Positions 29,260-41,583 are shown, numbered from the whole stretch's first letter. The stretch: DNA of 62,258 nucleotides, filler included, from Candidatus Omnitrophota bacterium (GCA_023140385.1; 5 parts of 5 records of this genome joined end to end with filler, not necessarily neighbours in it), one strand, 5' to 3'. A program made the numbers and translations. The notes: generated by a model from the letters alone, not told the origin.

Positions 29260-29934
29260 ATGAAGATTTTTATTGATACAGCTAATATTGAAGAGATAAA
29301 GAAAGCCGGTGAATTAGGGGTTTTGGACGGAGTTACTACAAACCCTACGCTTATCTCCAGAGAGAATAGAGGTTTTACAGACATTCTTAAGGATATTTGC
29401 CGGGTGGTAGATGGCTCCATCAGTGCCGAGGTTATCAGCCTGGACTACGAAGGTATGCTGCGAGAAGCCAGGAGCTTGTCGGGAATTCATAAAAATATCG
29501 TAATTAAAATTCCTTTGACTAAGGATGGGTTAAGGGCGGTTAATACTTTAGCGGGTGAAGGTGTAAAAAGTAACGTAACCTTATGCTTTTCTCCGCTTCA
29601 GGCCCTTTTGGCCGCTAAGGCTAAAGCCGCCTATATCAGCCCCTTTATCGGCAGGCTGGATGATATCGCGCATACGGGAATGGATTTAGTCCGCCGCATT
29701 AGAAAGATATATGATAATTACGCCTTTAAAACCGAGATTATTGTAGCCAGTATCCGCCACCCCGTGCATGTTCTGGAGGCAGCGATGGCCGGAGCTGATA
29801 TTGCCACTATTCCTTACAAAGTGATAGAGCAGTTGATTAAACACCCTCTAACTGATACCGGTATAAAAAAATTTCTGGAAGATTGGAAAAAAGTTCCGGA
29901 GCCGGAAATATTCAAGAAGGCAAAAACTAATTAA
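29260..29934 (+). CDS. tal: transaldolase / fructose-6-phosphate aldolase family
   Basis: [25 protein letters not shown] and HPLTDTG motifs. Confidence 0.88.
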   Translation: MKIFIDTANIEEIKKAGELGVLDGVTTNPTLISRENRGFTDILKDICRVVDGSISAEVISLDYEGMLREARSLSGIHKNIVIKIPLTKDGLRAVNTLAGEGVKSNVTLCFSPLQALLAAKAKAAYISPFIGRLDDIAHTGMDLVRRIRKIYDNYAFKTEIIVASIRHPVHVLEAAMAGADIATIPYKVIEQLIKHPLTDTGIKKFLEDWKKVPEPEIFKKAKTN

Positions 29935-29941
29935 TTTAGTA

Positions 29942-32062
29942 ATGTTAGACAGAAAAAAGCCCATCTTCTTTTTAATCTCAGGATTTATTTTTGTTTTTTT
30001 GTTCTTTGACATTGTTCATAGTGAAATGTATGATGAAAGCGTGCCGGTTGACTGTGAGGGCGACAGGATAGAATACTCTGAGGGTTCCGGCGAAGTAAAG
30101 GTTCTGGGTAATGTTGTTATTAAGCACAAAAATGTTAGGATTACCGCTGATAAAGTAATAGTATATCCGGAAAGTAAAGACGTCTACGCGGCGGGCAGAG
30201 TTTTTTTATATAAAGGGGATGAAGTTTTCAGCGCGGACAAAGTTTATTATAACCTTGAGACTAAAAAAGGAACGCTTATCCACGGAGATTTTCATAGCGG
30301 AAAAATATTCGGAGAAGCCGCTACAATAGAAAAGCTTTCGGATAAGGAGCTTCTGGCTATAAAAGGGTATTTTACAACCTGTGAGTTCGAAATTCCTCAC
30401 TATAGAATTGAAGCCAAGAAGATTAGAATCTACTTAAATGAAAGAATAACAGCTAAAAACGTAGTTTTTTATGTGGGCGGCATTCCGGTTATGTATTTTC
30501 CTTATTATTCGCATTCCCTGAAAGAAAACAGGCCTAAGGTTCAAATAATTCCCGGAAAAGATAAAGAGTGGGGGTACTTCCTGTTGACCGCCTGGAGGTA
30601 TTATTTTGATGAGAGGTTTAAAGGCTGGGTTCGCGTTGACTGGCGGGAAAAATTAGGTTTTGGCGGGGGGGTGGATGTTGAGTACAACGCCGAAAAGTTC
30701 GGACAGGGCTTGCTGAAGACCTATTATACTCAGGAAAGAAGCCGTCACCTTAAAGAACATGAGCCTGCCGAGCATGACAAGTATAGGGTAAGCCTGGAAC
30801 ACAATTTAACTATCGATAAGGATACAGGGGCCTATCTGGAACTGCATAAATATAGCGACCAGGCCTTTATAAAAGACTATTTTTATAGGGACTATGTACT
30901 GAATCCCTTACCTGCCTCATATATATTAGCAACGAGAAAAAAAGCGCATTACTCCCTGAGTTTTCTGATGCGCAAGCGCGTCAATCATTTTAGAAACATA
31001 ACCGAAACACTACCCGAGATAAAGTATAATATAAACAATTATAAACTAGGTAAAACCAGATTTTATTATACTTCAGAATATAGATTTAATAATTTTAACA
31101 AAAAAGAGGCCTTTACAGGGAAAGATACGGATGCTGTCAGGTTTCATACTGACAACAAGTTCAGCTATCCTACGAGACTGATCGGATATCTTGACTGGCT
31201 GGAATTTACTCCCTATATAGGTCACATTGAGACCTTTTATACCAAAGACGAGAGTGGTAATGACACCGACTTTTTTAGAGGGCAATGGTATTCAGGCTAT
31301 AATCTGACAACCAAAGTGTTCAGGATATTTGATGTGGAGACCGACTTTTTCGGGATTGAGATAAATAAGCTAAGACATCTGATTTCACCCTCTATCAGCT
31401 ATGCTTACGCTCATGAGCCTACCAGCATTTTTAGCAAAATGGGGCAGTTTGATGGGATAGATACGTACACAAAGGCGAAATATTATACATTCGCGGTGGA
31501 AAATAAACTGCAGACCAAGTGGTACGAAGAGGGTACCTTTGATAAGGAAAATATTGATTTATTGAGTTTGAGATCAAGCGTAAACTTTTATCCTCAGATA
31601 GAGGGTCATCAGTTTTCAAATATTGCTAACAGGTTAACGTTGCAGCCGAGGAGATGGCTGGAGTTTATCTTTGACGCCAACTATAATCCCTATTCGCAGG
31701 ATTTTGAGATTTTTAACGCGAGGGCAAAAGCTGAAAAAAGTAAATGGATGCTGGAGGTAGGTTCAAGATATACTCAAGCGTCACAGTATCACGAAGGCAC
31801 TTTAAAGGCGACTTATACTTTAAGCCCTAAATGGACAGTTGGTGTTTATGAAAGGTATGACTTTCAAAAAAATGATTTGGTGGAACAAGAATACGCGCTC
31901 ATAAGAGATTTACACTGCTGGACGGCGGAATTAATCTGGAATATGCAGGACGCGGAAACTATCTGGCTGGTATTTAAGCCTAAAGCGTTTCCTGATTTTC
32001 CAATTGAATGGGTAACCTCTTATCACGCGCCTAAAATTGGTTCGCAATCAGCGGAGGATTAA
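29942..32062 (+). CDS. lptD: LPS assembly protein LptD-like
   Basis: OstA-like N-terminus, FTTCEFEIPHY, P-x-MYFPY, beta-barrel ending RDLHCW. Confidence 0.8.
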   Translation: MLDRKKPIFFLISGFIFVFLFFDIVHSEMYDESVPVDCEGDRIEYSEGSGEVKVLGNVVIKHKNVRITADKVIVYPESKDVYAAGRVFLYKGDEVFSADKVYYNLETKKGTLIHGDFHSGKIFGEAATIEKLSDKELLAIKGYFTTCEFEIPHYRIEAKKIRIYLNERITAKNVVFYVGGIPVMYFPYYSHSLKENRPKVQIIPGKDKEWGYFLLTAWRYYFDERFKGWVRVDWREKLGFGGGVDVEYNAEKFGQGLLKTYYTQERSRHLKEHEPAEHDKYRVSLEHNLTIDKDTGAYLELHKYSDQAFIKDYFYRDYVLNPLPASYILATRKKAHYSLSFLMRKRVNHFRNITETLPEIKYNINNYKLGKTRFYYTSEYRFNNFNKKEAFTGKDTDAVRFHTDNKFSYPTRLIGYLDWLEFTPYIGHIETFYTKDESGNDTDFFRGQWYSGYNLTTKVFRIFDVETDFFGIEINKLRHLISPSISYAYAHEPTSIFSKMGQFDGIDTYTKAKYYTFAVENKLQTKWYEEGTFDKENIDLLSLRSSVNFYPQIEGHQFSNIANRLTLQPRRWLEFIFDANYNPYSQDFEIFNARAKAEKSKWMLEVGSRYTQASQYHEGTLKATYTLSPKWTVGVYERYDFQKNDLVEQEYALIRDLHCWTAELIWNMQDAETIWLVFKPKAFPDFPIEWVTSYHAPKIGSQSAED

Positions 32063-33363
32063 TGGTGAAAAGGGTATGTGTAGTAGGATCAGGTTATGTA
32101 GGTTTGGTTACGGGCAGCTGCCTGGCGGACTTAGGCAATAATGTTATCTGTGTTGATAACGATAAAAAAAAGATAGAGATGTTAAATAAGTTCAAGATGC
32201 CTATATATGAGCCGGGATTAGAAGATGTTGTTAAAAGAAACGTTGAAGCCGGGCGCTTATTTTTTACGACAGATTTAAAAGATTCGGTGAAAAAGTCTGA
32301 AGTTATATTTATTGCCGTTGGCACGCCGCCTAAGGCTAACGGTGAGGCGGATTTATCGTGCATTGAGGATGTCTCAAAGCAAATCGCTCTTAATATGGAT
32401 GAATACCGCCTGATAGTTGATAAAAGTACCGTACCTGTGCAGACAGGACAGCGCGTTAAGGAAACAATCACGAGAAACCTTAAGAAAGATATTGAGTTTG
32501 ACGTAGCTTCAAACCCGGAATTTCTAAAAGAAGGTTCAGCGATAAACGATTTTACCAGGCCGGACAGGATAGTAATAGGTGTTGAGACTGAAAGAGCCGC
32601 TGTCATTCTTAAGGAAATATATAATCCGTTTAATTCACCGATTATAACAACCGATATCCAGAGCGCGGAACTTATTAAGCATGCCGCGAATTCATTTTTA
32701 GCCACAAAGGTATCTTTTGTTAACGCCTTATCCGTAATATGTGAACTTACAGGAGCGGATGTGGATAAAGTTACTGAAGGCATGGGCATGGACAAAAGGA
32801 TAGGCAGTTCATTTCTTAATGCCGGAGTAGGTTTTGGAGGCTTTTGTTTTCCTAAAGATTTGGCAGCGTTTATAAAAATTTCTGAAAAGTTAGGCTATGA
32901 CTTTAAGCTCCTTAAGGCTGTTGAAGAAATAAACAAAAAGCAGAAAGATCGTTTTATAAAGAAAATTGAAGACGCCCTCTGGAATATAAAGGATAAAACA
33001 ATAGCTGTTTTGGGACTGTCATTTAAACCCAATACCGATGATATCAGGTTCGCGCCTTCAATTGATATTATAAAAGCTCTCTTAAGAGATGGTGCCGGTA
33101 TCAGGGCATATGACCCCTACGCGATGGACAAAATGTCTCAAGTGCTGCCTGAAGTTAAATACTGCCAAAGTTCCTACGAAGCGGCGGATGGCGCTGATGC
33201 CCTGGTTATTGTAACCGAATGGAGTGAATTTAAAGAGTTGGATTTTGTAAAAATAAAAGGGCTTTTAAATGATGCCATTTTAATTGACGGCCGAAACATG
33301 TATGACCCGGATTCAATGAGAAGGCTTGGATTTAAATATGTATGTATAGGTAAAAAATCTTAA
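32062..33363 (+). CDS. ugd: UDP-glucose 6-dehydrogenase
   Basis: GSGYVG, NPEFLKEG, GFGGFCFPKD and FKPNTDD motifs. Confidence 0.92.
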   Translation: MVKRVCVVGSGYVGLVTGSCLADLGNNVICVDNDKKKIEMLNKFKMPIYEPGLEDVVKRNVEAGRLFFTTDLKDSVKKSEVIFIAVGTPPKANGEADLSCIEDVSKQIALNMDEYRLIVDKSTVPVQTGQRVKETITRNLKKDIEFDVASNPEFLKEGSAINDFTRPDRIVIGVETERAAVILKEIYNPFNSPIITTDIQSAELIKHAANSFLATKVSFVNALSVICELTGADVDKVTEGMGMDKRIGSSFLNAGVGFGGFCFPKDLAAFIKISEKLGYDFKLLKAVEEINKKQKDRFIKKIEDALWNIKDKTIAVLGLSFKPNTDDIRFAPSIDIIKALLRDGAGIRAYDPYAMDKMSQVLPEVKYCQSSYEAADGADALVIVTEWSEFKELDFVKIKGLLNDAILIDGRNMYDPDSMRRLGFKYVCIGKKS

Positions 33364-33373
33364 GGAGAAACTA

Positions 33374-33823
33374 ATGATACAGGGAGTTAGCGTGAAACAA
33401 TTGAAGGTTATACCGGATGATAGAGGCAGATTGATGGAAATTTTTAGAGTATCCGACAACAATATCCAGCCGGCCCAGGTTTATATGACTACGGCCTATG
33501 AAGGCGTAGTTAAAGATAAACATGCTTTTCATATGCATAACCTCCAAACAGATAATATGTGCTGTATCAAGGGTAAGATGAAGATAGTTATTGTTGATAC
33601 CAGAGAAGACAGCCCTACAAAAGGTGAGATAAATGAATTTGTCTTAGGTGATGAAAATTTCGGCATCGTTACTATTCCGCCGAAAGTTTTACATGCCTTT
33701 AAAAGCCTAAAAGGTGAGTCTGTAGTTATAAATGTAATTAATCAGGAGTACAGCCATCAGGATCCGGATGAAATTAGAGTGGATAATAAATATTACGATT
33801 GGGATAAAGAGGAAAAATTATGA
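33374..33823 (+). CDS. dTDP-4-dehydrorhamnose 3,5-epimerase family (RmlC-like cupin)
   Basis: DDRGRLME, FHMH, DTREDSPT and IPPKVLHAF motifs, adjacent to rmlABD. Confidence 0.8.
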   Translation: MIQGVSVKQLKVIPDDRGRLMEIFRVSDNNIQPAQVYMTTAYEGVVKDKHAFHMHNLQTDNMCCIKGKMKIVIVDTREDSPTKGEINEFVLGDENFGIVTIPPKVLHAFKSLKGESVVINVINQEYSHQDPDEIRVDNKYYDWDKEEKL

Positions 33824-34563
33824 GTAAAGATAAGATAAAGGGTATCATCCTTGCCGGCGGCCTCGGAACCAGGCTGCACCCTTTAACTAAGATTACCAAT
33901 AAGCATTTGCTGGCTATATATAATAAACCTATGGTTTATTATCCCTTAGAGGCCCTGGTTGAGGCGGGTATTGAGGATATTATGATTGTGACCGGCGGCA
34001 ATAACGCGGGTGATTTTTTAAGACTCTTAGGTAATGGCTCTGACTTTGGCCTGAAGCACGTTAATTATACCTATCAGCAGGGAGAAGGCGGTATTGCTGA
34101 GGCCTTGGGACTCACAGAGCATTTTGCCGAAGGACAAAAAATAGTGGTTATTTTGGGTGATAATATCTTTGAAAAGAGTATAAAGCCATACGTTGATAAG
34201 TTCAGAGGCCAAAAAGAAGGTGCTCGTATTCTTATTAAAGAAGTGCCGGACCCGGAACGTTTTGGCACTGTTGAATTAAATAAAGATAAAATAGTAGGCA
34301 TTGAAGAAAAACCCGAGAATCCGAAAAGCAATTACATTGTTACCGGTATATATATGTATGATGCCGGAGTTTATAATATTGTTAAAACTTTAAAACCATC
34401 GGGCAGAGGTGAACTGGAAATTACTGATGTGAATAATGATTATATCGCGAAGGGCCTGATGCGCTATGACGTTCTTGATGGCTGGTGGACTGACGCGGGG
34501 GCTATAGATTCATTGTTAAAGGCTAATAATCTTGTAGCTGAGAGGGAAAAAAATAAAAGATGA
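33820..34563 (+). CDS. rmlA: glucose-1-phosphate thymidylyltransferase (short form)
   Basis: GIILAGGLGTRLHPLT, KPMVYYPL and PSGRGELEITD motifs. Confidence 0.88.
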   Translation: MSKDKIKGIILAGGLGTRLHPLTKITNKHLLAIYNKPMVYYPLEALVEAGIEDIMIVTGGNNAGDFLRLLGNGSDFGLKHVNYTYQQGEGGIAEALGLTEHFAEGQKIVVILGDNIFEKSIKPYVDKFRGQKEGARILIKEVPDPERFGTVELNKDKIVGIEEKPENPKSNYIVTGIYMYDAGVYNIVKTLKPSGRGELEITDVNNDYIAKGLMRYDVLDGWWTDAGAIDSLLKANNLVAEREKNKR

Positions 34564-35567
34564 AAAAAATTCTGATAACCGGAGGCGCGGGCTTTATAGG
34601 CTCTAACTTTATTAGATATGTTATTGGTAAATATCCTGATTATAAAATTATTAATTTAGATAAACTGACATATTGCGGTAATTTGGACAATCTTAAAGAC
34701 ATTGAGAGCAAAAATTATACATTTATAAAAGGCGATATTTGCAACGCGAAGTTGGTAGAAAAAGCTGCCAGGGGATGTGAGTGCGTAATTAACTTTGCCG
34801 CTTCAACTCACGTTGACAGGTCTATACTTGATGCCGGTGATTTTATTCAAACGAATATTTACGGAACCAATGTTCTCCTGGAAGCGGCCAAAAAATATAA
34901 AGTCGCGAGGTATATTCAGATATCGACAGATGAGGTTTACGGCTCTACATTAAAAGATTCTTTTAAGGAATCAAGTCCGCTTGAACCTAATAGTCCTTAT
35001 TCAGCAAGCAAGGCGGCCGCCGACCTTCTTGTTAAGGCCTATTACGCGACTCACAAGATACCTGCTATTATTACACGCAGTTCAAATAACTTCGGGCCTT
35101 ATCAGTATCCCGAAAAACTAATACCGTTGTTTATAACTAACGCCTATGAAGATAAAAAACTACCACTTTACGGTGATGGTAAAAATGTGAGGGATTGGAT
35201 TCATGTTATAGATAACTGCCGCGCCATTGACACAGTTTGGCATAAAGGCAAGGTGGGCGAGGTTTATAATATTGGGGCAGGTAACGAAGAAACAAATATT
35301 AAAATTACAACACTGATTTTAAAATACATTGGTAAAAGCCGGAAGCTAATTAAATATGTTTCGGATAGACTGGGCCATGATAGAAGATATTCTCTTGACT
35401 GCTCTAAATTAAAAAAATTAGGATGGAAACCTGAATATGAGTTTGAGGACGCGTTAGCGGAAACCGTAGATTGGTTTTTAAGTAATGAAAAATGGTGGCG
35501 GAAAATAAAGAAAAGAAAGCAGTGCTACCGCAAGTATTACAGTAAGCAGTATGGAAGCCTTAAATGA
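34560..35567 (+). CDS. rmlB: dTDP-glucose 4,6-dehydratase
   Basis: GGAGFIG, DKLTYCGN, HVDRSI, STDEVYG and PYSASK motifs. Confidence 0.93.
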   Translation: MKKILITGGAGFIGSNFIRYVIGKYPDYKIINLDKLTYCGNLDNLKDIESKNYTFIKGDICNAKLVEKAARGCECVINFAASTHVDRSILDAGDFIQTNIYGTNVLLEAAKKYKVARYIQISTDEVYGSTLKDSFKESSPLEPNSPYSASKAAADLLVKAYYATHKIPAIITRSSNNFGPYQYPEKLIPLFITNAYEDKKLPLYGDGKNVRDWIHVIDNCRAIDTVWHKGKVGEVYNIGAGNEETNIKITTLILKYIGKSRKLIKYVSDRLGHDRRYSLDCSKLKKLGWKPEYEFEDALAETVDWFLSNEKWWRKIKKRKQCYRKYYSKQYGSLK

Positions 35568-36505
35568 TTATTTTGATCACCGGTTCCGCGGGCATGCTCG
35601 GCAGTGACCTTTGCAGGTTGTTAACTGAAGGTGAGTATTCTTTTTCAGGCTCTGACATTATGGAACTTCAACGGCAGGAACTGCCGGAAGACAGGTATCG
35701 GGTTATGGATATTACCAACTTGTCTGCTATAAGAAGAGTGTTTGCTGAGGTCAACCCCGATATAGTAATACACGCCGCCGCTTATACCGCGGTTGATGAT
35801 TGTGAAACAAAGAGGAACATTGCCGACTCCATAAATCGCAAGGGGGCGGCAAACATAGCCTCAGTTTGTAAGGAAGCCGGGGCGGCCATGCTTTATATAA
35901 GCACAGATTATGTCTTTGACGGTAAAAAACAAAGTCCTTACGCGGTAGATGATCAGATAAACCCTCTAAGCGAATATGGAAGATCGAAGCTATCAGGCGA
36001 GAAGGCTGTCAGGGAAATATTGCCGGATAGGCATGTTATCGTAAGGACGAGCTGGTTGTATGGCAAAGACGGCCCGAACTTTGTGGACAAGATAATTAAA
36101 AAAGCGGAAGCCGGGAACAAACTGAACATTGTGGATGACCAGATTGGTTCTCCAACTTATACCCGTGATTTGGCGGCGGCCTTAATTGGTATCATCGGCC
36201 TTATCGAAAAAGGCGGATTTACTCAAAGTGATTACGGCACCTATCATATAACTAATAGCGGTTCTTGTAGTTGGTATGACTACGCGAAAAAAATTATTGA
36301 TTTCGAGGGGATAAAAGCGGAAGTGTCCGCTATTAAAACAAATGATTTAAGAAAAATCTATATTGAGGCAGGCAATAAAAAATATGCCGAGCGTCCCGCT
36401 CATTCTGTTTTAAGCAACAAACGCTTTAATGAACTTACGGCTGTCCCAATGAGGCCGTGGCAGGATGCCTTGAGGGAGTATTTAAGATCAAAAAGTATTA
36501 ATTGA
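35564..36505 (+). CDS. rmlD: dTDP-4-dehydrorhamnose reductase
   Basis: GSAGMLG, AAYTAVD, STDYVFDG, YGRSK and DQIGSPT motifs. Confidence 0.92.
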   Translation: MIILITGSAGMLGSDLCRLLTEGEYSFSGSDIMELQRQELPEDRYRVMDITNLSAIRRVFAEVNPDIVIHAAAYTAVDDCETKRNIADSINRKGAANIASVCKEAGAAMLYISTDYVFDGKKQSPYAVDDQINPLSEYGRSKLSGEKAVREILPDRHVIVRTSWLYGKDGPNFVDKIIKKAEAGNKLNIVDDQIGSPTYTRDLAAALIGIIGLIEKGGFTQSDYGTYHITNSGSCSWYDYAKKIIDFEGIKAEVSAIKTNDLRKIYIEAGNKKYAERPAHSVLSNKRFNELTAVPMRPWQDALREYLRSKSIN

Positions 36506-36518
36506 AGGAGAGAGAAAA

Positions 36519-37478
36519 ATGAAAGTACTAATTACAGGTATAACCGGATTTGTCGGAAGTCATATGGTGGACTTCTTACTTGAGAAAAAAGATTTAGAAA
36601 TTTATGGCGTGGTGAGATGGCGCAGTAAGACAGAGAATATAGAACACGTTGAGGAAAGAGGCGTTAAACTGAGCGAGTGTGATATAAGGGACGCGTATAG
36701 CGTGAAAAAGGTTATAGATGAAATACGTCCTGACAGGATATTCCATCTGGCAGCGCAATCCTTTGTGCCCACTTCATGGAGGGCGCCGGCAGAGACGCTT
36801 ACCACCAACCTTATAGGGCAACTTAACATTTTTGAAGCTATAAGACAAGTAGGCATAAATCCTTTTATCCAGATCGCCTGCTCATCTGAAGAGTATGGCT
36901 ATGTTAAAGAAGATGAAGTTCCCATAAAAGAGACAAACCCCCTGAGGCCGCTTAGTCCGTACGGGGTTTCAAAGGTAGGACAGGACTTATTGGGGTACCA
37001 GTACTTTAAAAGTTATGGCCTGAATGTTGTTAGGACACGGGGATTTAATCATACCGGGCCGAGACGCGGAGAAGTTTTTGTTTGCAGTGATTTTGCCAAA
37101 CAGGTTGCAAAAATTGAAAAGGGAAAGCAGGAGCCTGTAATCAGGGTAGGCAACCTTGACGCTCAGAGAGACTTTACGGATGTAAGAGATATGGTAAGGG
37201 CTTACTGGCTGGCGCTTGAAAAAGGAGAAGCGGGAGAATCGTACAATATCTGTTCCGGGAAAGCCTATTCAATTAAGGAGGTTTTGGATATTATTGTAGG
37301 GTTTTCAAAGGTAGACGTAAAGATAGAGCGGGATCCTGCCAGAATGAGGCCCAGTGATGTACAGATTCTTCTGGGTGATAACAGCAAATTTGTAAAGCAG
37401 ACCGGCTGGCAGCCTCAAATAAAGTTTGAAGATTCCATGAAGGATCTTCTTGGCTACTGGAGGGAGAAGATCGCATGA
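36519..37478 (+). CDS. GDP-mannose 4,6-dehydratase/Rmd-like SDR
   Basis: GITGFVG, HLAAQSFV, SSEEYG, FNHTGPRR and GNLDAQRDF motifs. Confidence 0.82.
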   Translation: MKVLITGITGFVGSHMVDFLLEKKDLEIYGVVRWRSKTENIEHVEERGVKLSECDIRDAYSVKKVIDEIRPDRIFHLAAQSFVPTSWRAPAETLTTNLIGQLNIFEAIRQVGINPFIQIACSSEEYGYVKEDEVPIKETNPLRPLSPYGVSKVGQDLLGYQYFKSYGLNVVRTRGFNHTGPRRGEVFVCSDFAKQVAKIEKGKQEPVIRVGNLDAQRDFTDVRDMVRAYWLALEKGEAGESYNICSGKAYSIKEVLDIIVGFSKVDVKIERDPARMRPSDVQILLGDNSKFVKQTGWQPQIKFEDSMKDLLGYWREKIA

Positions 37479-38785
37479 GACGCTTGAAGCAGAAGATAAA
37501 ATCAAAAAAAGCTTATGTTGGTATTGTCGGGGCCGGCTATGTCGGCTTGCCGCTGGCCATGCTTTTTTGTAAAAAAGGTTTTAATGTCCGTGTTATTGAT
37601 ATTGATAAGAAAAGAATAAATGAGCTAAAGAAGGGCAGGTCTTACATAGAAGATGTTTCTTCAGAAGAGCTTAGGAGGTTTCTTGGTAAGAACTTTACCG
37701 CGACTTCGGATGAAAAGGTTCTCGCGGATTGCGATGTAATCATTGTCTGTGTGCCGACACCCCTAAGCAAAACAGGTGAACCAGATATTTCGTTTATAAG
37801 AAAAAGTGTTAGAAGTATACGGAAATATCTTAGGAAGTCTCAACTTATAGTTTTAGAAAGCACAACTTATCCGGGTACAAGCAGAGAAGTGGTTCTTCCG
37901 GCATTAGAAAAATCAGGCCTTAAAATTGATAATGATTTTTACCTGGCCTTTTCTTCTGAAAGAGTCGATCCTTTAAATAAAAGATTTACTCTTGAAAAGA
38001 TACCTAAAGTTGTAGGAGGAGTAAGTCTTGACTCAGGCGCGGCTGCTTCAGGGCTCTATAAGCAAATATTTAAAAAGGTAGTAACGGTTTCTTCGTCAGA
38101 AGCGGCGGAGATGAGTAAATTGCTCGAGAATACCTTCAGGAGTGTAAATATTGGTTTAATTAACCAGATTAATAAGATATGTCATAAGTTGGATATTGAC
38201 GTATGGGAGGTAATAGAGGCGGCTAGTACTAAACCTTTCGGCTTTATGGCCTTTTATCCGGGGCCGGGGCTTGGCGGCCACTGCCTGCCGACCGATCCGA
38301 TATTTTTATCCTGGAAAGCAAAGGTAGCCGGTTATAAAGCGTATAATATAATTGATTTGGCGCACACGATTAACAGATCTATGCCCAATTATGTGGCCTC
38401 AAAGATTGCCGCCGCCCTCAAAAAAGCTGGAAAAAAGATAAAAAATTCCAGAGTTCTTATAATGGGTGTAAGTTATAAGAAAAACATTGGGGATACCAGA
38501 GAATCACCGGCAATAAATGTTATTGAACTTTTGATGAAAAGAGAAGCAAATGTTTCATATTATGATCCGTTTGTCAAAAGTTTAAAACTTAAAAACAGTA
38601 CCTTAAAATCTGTCCGGTTTAACGCGCGCCAGCTTAAAAAGTATGATTGCGCGGTTATAATAACAGACCATAGCAATGTCAGATATGATCTCCTGCTTAA
38701 AAATTGTACCTTGATTATTGATACGCGCAATATTATTAAAAATACCGGAGATAATAGAAATCAAAACAAGGTAATAAAAATATGA
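37475..38785 (+). CDS. UDP-N-acetylhexosamine dehydrogenase (WbpA/WecC-like)
   Basis: GAGYVGLP, ESTTYPGT, KLLENTFR and GPGLGGHC motifs. Confidence 0.88.
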   Translation: MRRLKQKIKSKKAYVGIVGAGYVGLPLAMLFCKKGFNVRVIDIDKKRINELKKGRSYIEDVSSEELRRFLGKNFTATSDEKVLADCDVIIVCVPTPLSKTGEPDISFIRKSVRSIRKYLRKSQLIVLESTTYPGTSREVVLPALEKSGLKIDNDFYLAFSSERVDPLNKRFTLEKIPKVVGGVSLDSGAAASGLYKQIFKKVVTVSSSEAAEMSKLLENTFRSVNIGLINQINKICHKLDIDVWEVIEAASTKPFGFMAFYPGPGLGGHCLPTDPIFLSWKAKVAGYKAYNIIDLAHTINRSMPNYVASKIAAALKKAGKKIKNSRVLIMGVSYKKNIGDTRESPAINVIELLMKREANVSYYDPFVKSLKLKNSTLKSVRFNARQLKKYDCAVIITDHSNVRYDLLLKNCTLIIDTRNIIKNTGDNRNQNKVIKI

Positions 38786-39717
38786 GCAATTATTTGGTTA
38801 CGGGAGGAGCGGGGTTTATAGGTTCGCACGTTGTAGAGAGTTTATTAAAGAGAAAACATAAAGTTGTAATTCTTGATGACTTTTCAACAGGCAAACAGGA
38901 AAATATATCCAAAATCGCGAATAAAACACAATTAGATGTCGTTAAAGGAAGCATCACGAATTACAAACTCTTAATGAAAGTTTTAAAAAATATTGATTAT
39001 GTAATTCATCTCGCGGCCCTGGTTTCTGTCCCCAAATCGATAGCAAATCCCAAGAAGTATAACGAAACAAATGTTACAGGCACGCTAAAAATTCTCTTGG
39101 CCGCGAAGGAGAACAGCGTGAAAAAGGTTGTTTTCGCGTCTTCGAGCGCTGTTTACGGCCAAGTAGAAAACATAGCTGTCAAAGAAGATTGCGATACAAA
39201 GCCAATATCGCCCTATGGAGTGTCGAAATTAATAGGAGAATATTATTGTAAACTATTTTCTACTATTTACGCTTTACCTACGGCAAGCTTAAGGTTTTTT
39301 AATGTCTATGGCCCCAGGCAGTCACTGGCAGGCCAGTATGCCTCCGTTATACCTAAATTTATAAGTTGTATGCTTAAGAACGAATCGCCGCCTGTTTATG
39401 GAGATGGCGGGCAAACAAGGGACTTTGTTTATATAGAAGATATTGTAAATGCCGCTTTATCGGCCGCAAGGACAAAAGACGCCCCGGGCGAGGTTTTCAA
39501 CGTAGCCTCCGGCAAAAATTGCAGCGTATTAAGTATAGTCAATTATTTAAAAAAGCTTCTGTCGGTTAAGATTAAACCGGCTTTTATGCCTCCAAGGCCG
39601 GGTGATGTATACCACACGGCGGCCGATATTTCAAAAATTAAAAAAATTTTAAAGTACAAAGCGAAAATTGATTTTATAACGGGCTTGAAAAAAACAATAG
39701 CTTATTATAAAGGATAA
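38782..39717 (+). CDS. NAD-dependent nucleotide-sugar epimerase (WbpP-like)
   Basis: GGAGFIG, SVPKSI, YGVSK and FNVYGPRQ motifs. Confidence 0.88.
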   Translation: MSNYLVTGGAGFIGSHVVESLLKRKHKVVILDDFSTGKQENISKIANKTQLDVVKGSITNYKLLMKVLKNIDYVIHLAALVSVPKSIANPKKYNETNVTGTLKILLAAKENSVKKVVFASSSAVYGQVENIAVKEDCDTKPISPYGVSKLIGEYYCKLFSTIYALPTASLRFFNVYGPRQSLAGQYASVIPKFISCMLKNESPPVYGDGGQTRDFVYIEDIVNAALSAARTKDAPGEVFNVASGKNCSVLSIVNYLKKLLSVKIKPAFMPPRPGDVYHTAADISKIKKILKYKAKIDFITGLKKTIAYYKG

Positions 39718-39718
39718 C

Positions 39719-40650
<932 letters not shown>

Positions 40651-40654
<4 letters not shown>

Positions 40655-41583
40655 AAGCGGTTCTTATTACAGGCGGCGCGGGTTTTATTGGAGCTCACTT
40701 GTGCAGATTTTTACTCAGTAAGGGCTGCAAAGTTATATGCCTTGACAGTCTTCTTACCGGAAGAAAAAAAAATATAAAAGAACTTCTTAGAAATAAGAAT
40801 TTTGTTTTCAAGAAGCACGATATAACTATATCTATAAAACTCAAAGAGAAGATTGATTATGTCCTGCATTTTGCGTCTCCGGCTTCTCCGGTATTTTACC
40901 TGAACTATCCTATTAAAACTCTCAAGGTTAATTCTCTGGGGACACATAATGCCCTGGGTATAGCTAAAAATAAGAAAGCCGTTTTTCTTTTGGCCTCCAC
41001 ATCTGAGATTTATGGAGATCCTCTGGTACATCCTCAGCCGGAAACTTACTGGGGCAATGTTAACTGTTTAGGTCCGCGCGGTGTTTATGATGAGTCTAAG
41101 CGTTTTGCAGAGGCAATTACGATTGCTTATCATAAAAAGCACAAATTAAACGTGAAGATTTGCCGCATATTTAATACATATGGGCCGATGATGAGAAGTG
41201 ATGACGGCAGGGTCATTCCTAACTTTATAAAGCAGGCTTCTTCTGATAAACCGTTAACAATCTTTGGAAGCGGGAAGCAAACAAGGAGCTTTTGTTATAT
41301 TGAAGATTTGGTAAGGGCTATATATGCTTTTATGTGTTCAGGGGAAACAGGCCCTTTTAATTTAGGCAGTACACGCGAAATGAACATGCTGGAGCTGGCT
41401 AAATTGATTATCAGGCTAACAGACTCAAAAAGCAGGATATCTTTTAAGAAATTGCCGATAGACGACCCCAAAATAAGAAGGCCGGATATCACTTTGGCCG
41501 GGAGGCGGCTGAAATGGCGGCCAACGGTAGAACTGGAGGAAGGCCTGCTTAGGACGATAAGCTGGTTTAATAAAGACAAATGA
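40651..41583 (+). CDS. UDP-glucuronate decarboxylase (UDP-xylose synthase) family
   Basis: ASPASP, YWGNVN...PRGVYDESKR, DDGRVIPNF and DDPKIRRPDI motifs. Confidence 0.9.

Noticed and set aside
32094..32795. Long antisense ORFs (also 61365-62003, 58670-59155, 43980-44453 and many shorter ones)
   Set aside because: They lie almost entirely opposite well-supported genes and have no recognisable motifs.
36355..36385. Possible third in-frame palindrome in rmlD (TATTG-AGGCAGG-CAATA)
   Set aside because: The stem is short and AT-rich and lies in a naturally variable loop, so support is insufficient.
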